Shown in pieces: positions 20,998-30,798 of a stretch of DNA of 64,000 bases. The DNA is taken from positions 44,736 through 108,735 of the forward strand of contig CAWEOB010000003.1 of NCBI GenBank assembly GCA_963810635.1. Reading direction: 5' to 3'. Position 1 is the first letter of the stretch; each line of letters begins with the position of its first letter. Source of the stretch: an uncultured Actinomycetes bacterium. GTDB lineage: Bacteria > Actinomycetota > UBA4738 > HRBIN12. The position numbers were made by a program, and so were the translations under genes. The notes under the pieces were generated by a model, which did not search any database, was not told the DNA's origin, and saw only the letters and a list, made by a program, of their open reading frames with translations.

Positions 20998-21581
20998 CAC
21001 TCCACCTCCGCGACGGGTTCGAGCCCGCGTTCCTGCAGGACCAGCGCCAGGCGTCGCAGCCCCCGGCTCACCCGCTGGCGCGCCACCGCCTCGCCGCAGT
21101 GGAGCCGGGCCGCGACGTCGGGGTACGGGAGGCCATCGATCACCCGCAGCCGCAGCGCCTCGCGTTGGGACTCCCCGAGCGTCTCGAGCGCCTCCGCGAG
21201 GGCGGTGCGGATCGGCGCGAAGTCGATCAGGTCCTCGATGCGCTCGAAGTCTTCCGGTGGGAGCGCTCGTGGCGGGAGCGCGAGCCGCGCCCTGGCTCTG
21301 GCGTCGACCCGGCCGTGCCGGAAGTACCGGCCCAGCTGGTGCCTCGCGATCCCGTACAACCACGCCACGCCGTTCGCCCCCGTGTCCCGGTAGCTCGCGC
21401 GCGACGCGTACGCCTCGGCGAAGGTCTCGGCCGTGAGCTCTGCCGCCGACTCCGGGTCGAGGGTGCGCCGTGCGAAGTAGCGGAGGAGATCCTCCGCGTG
21501 GCGGCGATACACCTCCACGAAGGCCGCGGGGTCGGCTCCCGAGGCGGTGAGCAGCTCGGCGTCGGTCGGCTCGTCCGGCAC
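20997..21581 (-). CDS. ECF RNA polymerase sigma factor
   Basis: AELTAETF, AWLYGIAR (region 2); LPYPDVA...RQRVSRGL (region 4). Confidence 0.9.
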   Translation of the reverse strand: MPDEPTDAELLTASGADPAAFVEVYRRHAEDLLRYFARRTLDPESAAELTAETFAEAYASRASYRDTGANGVAWLYGIARHQLGRYFRHGRVDARARARLALPPRALPPEDFERIEDLIDFAPIRTALAEALETLGESQREALRLRVIDGLPYPDVAARLHCGEAVARQRVSRGLRRLALVLQERGLEPVAEVE

Positions 21582-21737
21582 GATCCCCTCTCCGACGGCG
21601 TCCGCGTGGAGCGCGGATCCGTCTGGTCGACCCGACCATGCCGCTCCCTGCCTCGGCTGTGACACGCCACGCCTCACGGGGGCGAGCGTAGCCCTCGGTA
21701 GACTCGACCGGTCCCGGAGAACAGGAGCCCGCGCCGC

Positions 21738-22973
21738 ATGCCCATCGTCGTGCAGAAGTACGGCGGCACCTCCGTCGGATCCGTGGAGCGGATCCAGGCG
21801 GTCGCCGACCGTGTCGTGCGCACGCGGGAAGCGGGGAACGACGTGATCGTGGTCGTGTCGGCCATGGGTGACACGACCGACGATCTCTTCGAGATGGCGC
21901 AGGTCATCACCGAGATGCCGGACCCGCGCGAGCTGGACATGCTGCTCACCGCGGGGGAGCGCATCGCGATGTCGCTGCTCGGCATCGCGATCAACGCACG
22001 AGGGTGCCGGGCCGCCAGCTACACGGGCTCGCAGGCCGGCATCATCACGGACACGCAGCACGGCGCCGCCAAGATCGTCGAGATCCGGCCGAAGCGCATC
22101 CTCGAGGCGCTCGACGCCGGGAACGTCGTGGTGCTGGCCGGGTTCCAGGGGTTGTCGAGCCAATACGAGATCACGACCTTGGGGCGCGGAGGCTCGGATC
22201 TCACGGCGGTCGCGATGGCGGGCGCGGTCGGCGCCGCGGTCTGTGAGATCTACACCGACGTCAACGGCATCTTCACCGCCGACCCGCGGTTGGTCCCGGC
22301 GGCGCGCAAGGTCGACGTGATCAGCTACGACGAGATGCTCGAGCTGGCGGCGGCGGGAGCGAAGGTGCTCCAATCGCGCTCCGTCGAGGTGGCACGCCGC
22401 CACGGGATGCGCATCCACGTCCGGTCGTCGTTCGTGGACGAAGACGGGACCTGGGTCCAGGAGGTAGCGAACGACATGGCCGAAGGCATGGAAGGCGTTC
22501 TGATCAGCGGTACCGCGGTCGACGTCGACGAAGCGAAGGTGACGATCGATGCGGTGCCGGACCGGCCGGGCGTCGCGGCCTCGATCTTCAAGGCCATCGC
22601 GGCCGAGGGCATCAACGTGGACATGATCGTGCAGAACGTGTCGCATGCCGGCACGACCGATGTTTCCTTCACCGCACCACGTGAGCACCTCCCTCGGCTC
22701 CAGAGTGCCCTCGAGGGATTGGTCGCCGACATCGCCGCCCGAGGTTTCAACGTGGATGACGGGATCGCGAAGCTGTCGCTCGTCGGCGCAGGGATGAAGT
22801 CGCACCCGGGGGTCGCAGCCGACATGTTCGACGTCCTCGCCACCGAGGGCATCAACATCGAGATGATCTCCACGTCACCCATCCGCGTCTCGTGCGTGAT
22901 CCGCCGCGACGATGCGGAGCGCGCCCTCCGGGCCGTGCACACACGGTTCGGCCTGGACGCATCAGACGCCTGA
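21738..22973 (+). CDS. lysC: Aspartate kinase
   Basis: VQKYGGTSV, VVSAMG, TTLGRGGSD, two ACT domains. Confidence 0.97.
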   Translation: MPIVVQKYGGTSVGSVERIQAVADRVVRTREAGNDVIVVVSAMGDTTDDLFEMAQVITEMPDPRELDMLLTAGERIAMSLLGIAINARGCRAASYTGSQAGIITDTQHGAAKIVEIRPKRILEALDAGNVVVLAGFQGLSSQYEITTLGRGGSDLTAVAMAGAVGAAVCEIYTDVNGIFTADPRLVPAARKVDVISYDEMLELAAAGAKVLQSRSVEVARRHGMRIHVRSSFVDEDGTWVQEVANDMAEGMEGVLISGTAVDVDEAKVTIDAVPDRPGVAASIFKAIAAEGINVDMIVQNVSHAGTTDVSFTAPREHLPRLQSALEGLVADIAARGFNVDDGIAKLSLVGAGMKSHPGVAADMFDVLATEGINIEMISTSPIRVSCVIRRDDAERALRAVHTRFGLDASDA

Positions 22974-22988
22974 GCCCATCATCGACGC

Positions 22989-23630
22989 ATGAGCCGCGAG
23001 CGCGACGCGGTGCCGGGCGCGCGGTCGGCGCCCGTCGATCCGTTGCCACCGCCACCGGAGGTGGGCCCGCCGTTGCCGCCGCCGCCACCCTCGGCGGCGC
23101 GTTCGGGAAGCAGGAAGGCGCTCGTGGCAGCGGGACTCCTCGCGGTGGGTGTCACCGCGGGATTCGTCGTGGAGATGCTCCTCGGGAGCGGTCCGTGCCA
23201 CGAAGCGACGTTCGAGTCCGCGGCGTTCGGCTACTGCGTGGACACCCCGGAGGGGTGGCTCGTGTCCCCGGCGTCCGAGGAGGAGGCCGGCGCGGACGTG
23301 TTCCGGAACCAGGACGGGGCGACCGTGGTCGTGGTCAAAGCGGTCGAGCACGAGAGCGGGTCACTCGAGGCGTTCGCCGACTCGATCCGGAAGAGCGACT
23401 CGCTCGCGGGGTTCGCGCTCGGCGAGGTCGAGGGCGGCAACCTCGCCGGGTCGCCCACGCTCGAATGGGATGTCCGCGTCTCCACCGAGGTCTCCGAGGT
23501 CCTCATGCGCGAGATCGTCGTGATCCGTGAGGGTAAGGCCTTCCGGTTGCAGATCGCCGACGAGGAGGGCGCGCCGCCCGACGGCGTCGACGAAGCGACG
23601 CGCCTGGTCGATTCGTGGCGGTTCACCTGA
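22989..23630 (+). CDS. Hypothetical single-TM membrane protein
   Basis: Pro-rich N-term, one TM helix, extracellular domain with PEGW; fills the lysC-asd gap. Confidence 0.65.
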   Translation: MSRERDAVPGARSAPVDPLPPPPEVGPPLPPPPPSAARSGSRKALVAAGLLAVGVTAGFVVEMLLGSGPCHEATFESAAFGYCVDTPEGWLVSPASEEEAGADVFRNQDGATVVVVKAVEHESGSLEAFADSIRKSDSLAGFALGEVEGGNLAGSPTLEWDVRVSTEVSEVLMREIVVIREGKAFRLQIADEEGAPPDGVDEATRLVDSWRFT

Positions 23631-23688
23631 TCGGTGTTCCGGCACATGAGCTCCGTCCGGCAGGCCCCCGTTGGTACTGTGGTCCGAC

Positions 23689-24717
23689 ATGAAGGTCGCC
23701 GTCCTCGGAGCCACAGGCGCCGTCGGGCGGGAGATGACCCGCATCCTGCAGGAGCGGAACTTCCCCGTCGATGGGTTCGTCCCCCTTGCCAGCGCGCGCA
23801 GCGCCGGGCGCACCGTTCGATTCGCAGGTGAGGAGCATGAGGTGCGCGAGCTGACACCTCGCGCGGTACGTGGCGCCGACGTCGCCTTCGTCTCCATCGG
23901 CGCCACGGCGTCCCGGGAGCATCTCCCGGCGATCGCAGCTGCGGGCACGCTCTGCATCGACAACTCGAGCGCATTCCGGATGGGGGCCGAGGTGCCGCTG
24001 TCGGTGCCGGAGGTCAACCCCGAGGCGCTCGACGGGTGGCCACACCCCGGCATCATCGCGGTCCCGAACTGCACCACGATCACCGCGGTGCTCCCGATCG
24101 GCCCGCTCCACCGCGCGGCCGGCTGCACCTCGCTCGTGCTCTCCAGCTATCAGGCCGTGAGCGGTGCGGGCTGGCGCGGCACGCGGGAGCTCATCGAACA
24201 GGTCGAGAAGCTGGCTCCCGATGCCGAGTCGCTGAACCACCCCGACCACGCATCGCTGCCACGCGGCTACCTCTTCGCGAAGCCCATCGCGTTCAACGTG
24301 GTGGCCAAGGTGGGTGAGTTCGAGCCATCGGGGTTCACGGGCGAGGAGGCCAAGGTGATGGCAGAGATGCCGAAGATCCTCGACGCTCCGGACCTGCGGG
24401 TGGTCGCGACCACCGTGCGGGTGCCCGTGGTGACCGGTCACGCCGTGTCCATCCTGGCGGAGTTCGCTCGCCCGATCTCGGTCGACGAGGCGCGCGCGAT
24501 CCTCGCCGGCGCGAACGGGGTGCGTCTGATGGACGATCCCGCGAACGGCGTGTTCCCGAGCCCGTTGGAGGCTGCCGGCCTCGACGAAGCGCTCGTCGGC
24601 CGCATCCGGCAGGTGCCGGGTCGCGACGACACGCTCCTGGTGTTCAGCTGCGCGGACAACCTCCGGATGGGTGCCGCGCTCGATGCGGTGCACATCGCCG
24701 AGCATCTCTTCCGGTGA
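23689..24717 (+). CDS. asd: Aspartate-semialdehyde dehydrogenase
   Basis: GATGAVG, DNSSAFR, PNCTT, YQAVSGAG, RVPVVTGH, DNLR. Confidence 0.96.
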   Translation: MKVAVLGATGAVGREMTRILQERNFPVDGFVPLASARSAGRTVRFAGEEHEVRELTPRAVRGADVAFVSIGATASREHLPAIAAAGTLCIDNSSAFRMGAEVPLSVPEVNPEALDGWPHPGIIAVPNCTTITAVLPIGPLHRAAGCTSLVLSSYQAVSGAGWRGTRELIEQVEKLAPDAESLNHPDHASLPRGYLFAKPIAFNVVAKVGEFEPSGFTGEEAKVMAEMPKILDAPDLRVVATTVRVPVVTGHAVSILAEFARPISVDEARAILAGANGVRLMDDPANGVFPSPLEAAGLDEALVGRIRQVPGRDDTLLVFSCADNLRMGAALDAVHIAEHLFR

Positions 24718-25136
24718 TGACGTCTTCCTTCGCGTGCATCTTCTGCGCGATCGTGGCCGGCGATGCTCCGAGCCACGTGGTCGCCGAGTCCGATCGTGCT
24801 CTGGCGTTCCTCGACATCAACCCGGCGGTGGAGGGACACGCCCTCGTGGTGCCGAAGGCGCACGCGGACGACATCTGGGATCTCGATCCAGAGGACGGAG
24901 GCGCGATGTGGTCCTTGGTCCACGACGTCTCCCTCACGATGCTGGAGCGCCTCCGACCAGACGGCCTGACGCTGTTCCAGGCGAACCGGAAGGCCGGCTG
25001 GCAGGACGTGTTCCACTTCCACCTCCACGTGCTGCCGCGATGGGAGGGAGACCGGCTCGTGAAGCCGTGGGAGATGACGCCGGGGGACCCGGAGCAGCTC
25101 GCCGCGCTGGCGACGCGGCTCAGCGCCGCTCCCTAG
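24714..25136 (+). CDS. HIT family nucleotide hydrolase
   Basis: CIFC, GHALVVPK, HFHLHVLPR. Confidence 0.92.
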   Translation: MMTSSFACIFCAIVAGDAPSHVVAESDRALAFLDINPAVEGHALVVPKAHADDIWDLDPEDGGAMWSLVHDVSLTMLERLRPDGLTLFQANRKAGWQDVFHFHLHVLPRWEGDRLVKPWEMTPGDPEQLAALATRLSAAP

Positions 25137-25624
25137 GTGTCGTCGCGGAGCGGCTCGCCGCTCGGTGCCACGTCCTCGGTCAGCGACTTGACGAACCAGG
25201 TGCCGTAGTCCTGCCAGCCGCCGCGTTCGTAGAACGCCACCGCGTCCGTCCGCCGCGCGGCGGTGACCAGGGCCATGCGGAAGCAGCCGCGCCGCCGAGC
25301 GAGCTCCTCGGCGCGGGAGAGCAACGCGGTCCCGACCCCGGCATGACGCGCCGAGCCCGTCACCACGAGGTCGTGGACCCGTGCCTGGGGCCGGTGGTCA
25401 CCGAGGCGCTGGTGGTACTCCATGTCGATCACGCCCACGACCCGCCCCTCGCCCTCCGCCACGAGCGTCACGTGCTCGATCTGACGGATGTGTCCGTCGA
25501 ACTGCAGTTGGTGCGTGGCGTCGTCCGCGGTCCCCGAGGCCACGCCACGGCCGAGCTCGACCAGGAGCCCGGCAACGGCCGGCCAATCGCCGGCCCTCGC
25601 CAGCCGCACCGTGACGTCGCTCAC
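25133..25624 (-). CDS. GNAT acetyltransferase
   Basis: LVVTGSARHAGVG, AVAFYERGGW. Confidence 0.8.
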   Translation of the reverse strand: MSDVTVRLARAGDWPAVAGLLVELGRGVASGTADDATHQLQFDGHIRQIEHVTLVAEGEGRVVGVIDMEYHQRLGDHRPQARVHDLVVTGSARHAGVGTALLSRAEELARRRGCFRMALVTAARRTDAVAFYERGGWQDYGTWFVKSLTEDVAPSGEPLRDDT

Positions 25625-25634
25625 GCCGAGCTCC

Positions 25635-26834
25635 TCAGAAGAAGAAGGGGCACCACGGGTCGGGTCCTGCGAGGAGGTCGCCGAAGGCCTCCACGACCGG
25701 GTCGTCCGCGTCCAGGTACCCGAAGCGTGCAGCGTCGACCGGGTGCAGGTAGCCGGAGAACAGGGACGACAGGATCCCGATCGAGATGGGTCGTCGGTCG
25801 TGGTCACCGGCCGGCTCGACGCTCGGTTCGCCTCGCTCGACGGTCAGCCGCCACGGGCCCGTGTTGTCGCGGTACATCGGATCCTCCACCCGGAACGTGA
25901 CGGACGCGTCGAGGGCGGGGTAGCCGCGGGCTTCGAACGCGGCCGGAACGTCGAGGAGCCGGAGCATCCATCGGTAGCGGCGAGCGAGGTCGACCTCCTG
26001 CACGCCGACCCACAACGACAATGGGTCGTTCGGCGGGCCGACCCACTCCACCCACCGTCCGACCCCTCGATGCCCGCGCAGGTAGGCGATGAGCGCCTGG
26101 AGCGCCCGGAGGTCGGTCGCGACCAACGGTTCGCACGCGATGCCGAAGGCCACGTCGAGGTGCGCCGCCGGCTCCGGCGTCCGGGTGAAGGCGACGACCC
26201 CGGTCACCCGCTCGCCGTCGCGGACCACGATCGCCCGGAAGGTGTCGTCCCACGGGCGGTGCAGGATCCGACGAGCCCAGTGGTCGTCCCCGCGAGGCTC
26301 GATCGGACCGTTGTGGCTCCTGACCCACTCCCGGTAGCACGCTCGGATGCCCGCGAGGTCGCGATCCAGATCGACGAGCTCGACGTCGGGGAGATCCCCC
26401 CGGGGGACGGATGGGAGCGCATCGAGGGCCACCCGATGCTCGTTGTGCGTTCCCGCGAGCTCGTAGCCCATCCGACGGTAGGGCTCGAGCACGGCAGGGA
26501 AGAGCGCGCTGAGGGGGTCGCCGCGGCGCCGGGCTCCATCCAGCAGGTCGGTGACGCAGGCCGTGGCGAGCCCGGCGCCACGGCGCTCGGGCTCGGTCGT
26601 CACGCCCCAGATGCCCGAGCACGGGATCGGCTGCCCTCCGAACCATTGGTCGAACAGGAACTCGCCCGCCGTGGCGACGACCTGCCCGTCCACGTACGCG
26701 CACCGCATGTCCTCGAGGGGCAGGCGGTCCTTGCGGACGAGCGTCCTCTCCAACGGGAGGTTGAGCGACGTCGAGAAGAGCCTCGCCATCGCCTCGCGAT
26801 CGCCGTCGACGGGCGTGCGCACATCCGGGGTCAT
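25635..26834 (-). CDS. Eis-like GNAT acetyltransferase with SCP2 domain
   Basis: VTTEPERRGAG, SALFP...YRRMGYE, C-terminal PWCPFFF. Confidence 0.88.
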   Translation of the reverse strand: MTPDVRTPVDGDREAMARLFSTSLNLPLERTLVRKDRLPLEDMRCAYVDGQVVATAGEFLFDQWFGGQPIPCSGIWGVTTEPERRGAGLATACVTDLLDGARRRGDPLSALFPAVLEPYRRMGYELAGTHNEHRVALDALPSVPRGDLPDVELVDLDRDLAGIRACYREWVRSHNGPIEPRGDDHWARRILHRPWDDTFRAIVVRDGERVTGVVAFTRTPEPAAHLDVAFGIACEPLVATDLRALQALIAYLRGHRGVGRWVEWVGPPNDPLSLWVGVQEVDLARRYRWMLRLLDVPAAFEARGYPALDASVTFRVEDPMYRDNTGPWRLTVERGEPSVEPAGDHDRRPISIGILSSLFSGYLHPVDAARFGYLDADDPVVEAFGDLLAGPDPWCPFFF

Positions 26835-26868
26835 GGGACGGCCACGATACGCGGTCGGCCCCTCCGGG

Positions 26869-27153
26869 TCACCGTGGGCAGACGCAGGGCAGCGCGCCGC
26901 ACTTCGGGCAACCCCGCGCGTAGCGAGCGATCGCCTCGTCGAGGTCGACGCCGGTGAGGTTCGCGAGCGAGACGAGCCACGCGAGGACGTCGGAGAACTC
27001 GAGGACGAGGTTCTCCCGGTCGCCCTTCCTGATGGCGCGCGCGAGCTCGCCGACCTCTTCGGTGAACCAGCGGAACGTGGCGTCCACCCCCCGGTCGAGG
27101 TCGCGCGCGAGGTAGGTCTCGCGGATCGTGCCGTGCAACTCGGACAGCTCCAT
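26869..27153 (-). CDS. MazG-like NTP pyrophosphohydrolase
   Basis: EEVGELA, EFSDVLAWL, C-terminal CPKC...CVC. Confidence 0.88.
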   Translation of the reverse strand: MELSELHGTIRETYLARDLDRGVDATFRWFTEEVGELARAIRKGDRENLVLEFSDVLAWLVSLANLTGVDLDEAIARYARGCPKCGALPCVCPR

Positions 27154-27217
27154 GGGGCCGCGAGTCTAGAGGGCGGCGGGCGACCGAGGTCGACGTTCGG
27201 GTCCGCGTCCTCCGGAC

Positions 27218-27246
27218 TTGTCTACCAACCGGTAGATATGGATAAT
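27218..27246 (+). promoter_or_regulatory. Promoter TTGTCT-N17-GATAAT with overlapping palindromic operator TCTACC-AACC-GGTAGA (27221-27236)
   Basis: 17-bp spacing; perfect 6-bp inverted repeat; -10 lies 7 nt before GTG 27254. Confidence 0.75.
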
Positions 27247-27253
27247 CTGCCGC

Positions 27254-29556
27254 GTGGTAGAGAACGAAGCGGGAGGCGCCGCCGCCGATCGGTCGATCGT
27301 GGATGCCCTGGCCGGCCGGACCATCTTCCTGACCGGGGTCACGGGGTTCCTCGGTCAGGTCGTGCTGGAACGCCTCCTCCTCGACTTCCCCGAGACGCAC
27401 GTCACGGTGCTCGTGCGATCGCAGCCATCGGCCTCCGCCCACGACCGCGTCCTCTATCTCCTGAGGAAGCCCGCGTTCGACGTCCTCCGGGCGCGACACG
27501 GATCGGACGAGGCGTTGGCAGCCCTGCTCGACCGGCAGGTGACCGTGCTCGAGGGCGACTTCACGCACGGAGAGCCGGACATCCCCGCGGGGATCGACGT
27601 CGTGATCCATTCCGCCGCCACGGTGAGCTTCGATCCGCCCATCGACGAGGGGTTCCAGACGAACCTCCTGGGCGCCAGGAACCTCTACCGCGGGGCGATC
27701 GCGCGGAACCGGCCCCACCTCGTCCACGTTTCCACGGCGTACGTGGCCGGTGTGCAGAAAGGGGTGATCCCGGAGGGTCCCCTCGAGCACCGCGTGGACT
27801 ACGAGCTCGAGGCCGACCTCGCGCTGCAGGCACGACGCGACGTCGAGGCGCAGTCGCGCAAGCCCGAGATGCTCGAGCACTTCATGGCGAAGGCCGCGAA
27901 GGACCACTCGCGCGCCGGACCCAGCACGGTGTCCCAGGACGCGGAGGAACGACGCAAGGACTGGGTGACGAAGCGTCTCGTGGAGTACGGCCGGATGCGT
28001 GCTCGGACACTCGGATGGCCCGACGTGTATACGTTCACGAAGGCTCTCGGCGAGCGTGCGGTCGAAGACCTCGCGCACGCCGAAGACCTGCCCCTGTCGA
28101 TCGTCCGTCCGTCGATCATCGAATCGGCGTTGGAGCATCCGTCGCCCGGGTGGATCGACGGCTTCAAGATGGCGGATCCGATCATCCGGGCCTACGGCCT
28201 GGGTCAGATCCCCGAGTTCCCCGGCATCCCCGAGGGCATCGTCGATCTCATCCCCGTGGACTACGTGGTCAACGTGATCCTCGCCGTGGCGGCGTCGCCA
28301 CCTCGCGCCGGTGACCCGGCCCACTACAACGTGTCGAGCGGCGATCGGAACCCGCTCCGGTTCTTCGAGCTGTACGAGTACGTTCGCGCGTACTTCGAGG
28401 CGCACCCCTTGCCGGAGCGCGGGCGCGGTGAGCACAAGGTCCCCGAGTGGAAGTTCCCCGGTACCGCTGCGGTCGAGACGATGCTCCGCCGTGCGGAGCA
28501 GCTGACCGACGTCGCCGAGAAGGTCGTGACCCACCTGCCGAAGTCCAGGCGGATGCGCGACGCGGTCGCGCGGGTGGATCGTGACCAAGCTCGGGTGGAG
28601 TTCGTGAAGCGGTATTCGGACCTGTACGGCATGTACACCGAGACCGAGGTCGTCTACACCGACGAGCGTGTCGTCCGGCTCTGGCGCTCGATATCGGCAG
28701 AGGACCAGCAGCGGTTCCCCTTCGACGCCGGCACGATCGATTGGCGTCACTACCTCCAAGACGTCCATTGCCCGGCGGTGACGCAGAGCCTCCGGGAGCT
28801 CTCCACGAAGGATCGCGAGAAGCCGCGCGTCTCGGTCCGACCACACGACGACCTCGTGCTGGCGGTCTTCGACATGGAGGGCACGATCATCAGCTCGAAC
28901 GTCGTCGAGTCCTACGTCTGGACGCGCTTCGCCGATCTCGAGCGGGACGAGTGGCCGAGCGAGCTGGTGTCGGTCTTCGGGCGGAATCCCCGGGTACCTG
29001 CGGACCGACCGCCGGGACCGTGGTGATTTCCTCCGGACGTTCTTCCGCCGCTACGAGGATGCGTCCGTCGAGCGCGTCGACGCCCTGATCGAGAACCACG
29101 TGGGCGAGTTCATGCTGCAGAAGGCCTCGCCCGCCGCCCTCCGCCGCGTCCGTGAGCACCGTGCCGCCGGCCATCGCACCATCCTCATCACCGCGGCCGC
29201 CGAACCGTTCGTCCGGGTCCTCGCACCTCTCTTCGATGTGCTCGATCGGAGCCGAGCTCGAGGTCCGCGACGGCCGCTACACCGGCTTCATGTCCGCACC
29301 GCCGTTGGTGGGGGAGGCGCGCGCCGCGTGGCTCCGGCGCTACGCGTTGCAGGAAGGTGCCGGGTTGCGGCACTCGTACGGATACGCGGACTCGTATTCG
29401 GACCTGCCGCTGCTCCGCACCGTCGGTCATCCGGTTGCCGTGTCGCCCGACTCCCAGCTGTACCGGCATGCGCGGCGCCGGCGGTGGCCGATCGAGGAAT
29501 GGGCGATGTCGAAGGGGATGCCCAGGGTGCGCTTCCCGAAGCCGGCGGCCAGGTGA
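27254..29556 (+). CDS. Fatty acyl-CoA reductase (extended SDR + FAR C-domain) fused to HAD-IB phosphatase; frameshifts near 28985 and 29244
   Basis: TGVTGFLG, HVSTAYV, YTFTK, RPSIIES, DLIPVD; then FDMEGT...ITAA...YADSYSDLPLL HAD motifs. Confidence 0.85.
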
Positions 29557-29563
29557 GGATGGG

Positions 29564-30781
29564 ATGACGACGCTCGCCATCGAGTACTTCCGCTCAACCG
29601 CCCGGTACCTGGGTGCGCGCACCGTGGGTACGAAGGCACCCGGGCTGCTCGCGGGTCCCCTCGCGCCCCTCCGACTGGTCAACCGGAAGGACCCCGAGCC
29701 GCCGCGGGGCCGCACGGGGTGGGCGCGGGTGAAGCCGGTGCTCTCAGGATCTGCGGGAGCGACCTCGCGACCATCGCCGGCCGATCGTCCTTCTACTTCT
29801 CGCCCTTGGTCTCGATGCCCTTCGTCCCCGGCCACGAGGTCGTCGGCGAGCTGGTGGACGGGTGCGAGGACCTTGACGCCGGAACCAGGGTCGTCCTCGC
29901 CAGCGTGCTCGCGTGCGCCGCCCGCGGCGAGGACCCGCCGTGCGCCAACTGTGCGGTGGGCATGGCCAACCGTTGCGACCGCGTCACGGTCGGCCATCTG
30001 CGGCCGGCGCTCCAGACCGGCTACAGCGCCGAGACGTCCGGCGGGTGGGCCCGTCAGATGGTGGCGCATAGGTCGCAGCTGTGGGCCGTTCCCGACGGCA
30101 TCGATGACCGAACGGCGGTCCTGATCGAGCCCCTGGCCGATGCCATCCACGCCGCCTTCCGTGCCGACCTCCAGCCGGAGAGCGAGGTCCTGATCGTCGG
30201 AGCTGGAACGGTCGGCCTGCTGACCCTCCTGGCGGTCAAGCTGCTGACGCCGGCGGGTCGTGTCACCGTGGCGGCGAAGCACGAGCGCCAACGGGCCGCC
30301 GCGCGGTTGGCGGGCGCGGACGAGATCGTTCGGCCGGAGCACGCCGTGAAATCCGTCCGACGGCACGCGAGCGCCGTGAAGCTCTCACCCGAGCGAGGTC
30401 AGGACTTCCTGCTCGGCGGCGTCGACGTCGCGATCGAATGCACCGGGTCGCGCTCGGCGTTGGATCCTGGCGCTCCGGACCACGCGGGCCGGCGGCCGCG
30501 TGGTCGTGACCGGGATCCCCGGCGCCGGCGCCGACCTGACCCCGCTGTGGTTCCGCGAGCTCGAACTGGTGGGCGCGTACACGACCGGCACAGAGACGCT
30601 CCGCGACGGTTCCCAGAAGCACGCGTTCCAGCTCGCGCTGGAGCTGGCGGCCAACCTCCCGATGCTGGCGGACATGGTGGGTGCCACGTATCCGCTCGAC
30701 CGGTGGCGAGATGCCATCGACCACGCGATGTCCGCCGGCAAGCTCGGCACGTTCAAGGTGGCGTTCGCGCCGCAGGACTGA
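29564..30781 (+). CDS. Zinc-binding medium-chain dehydrogenase; frameshifts near 29747 and 30468
   Basis: ICGSD, PGHE, structural-Zn Cys cluster, IEPLA, GAGTVG. Confidence 0.85.
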
Positions 30782-30798
30782 AGGAGAGACCGAACCCG

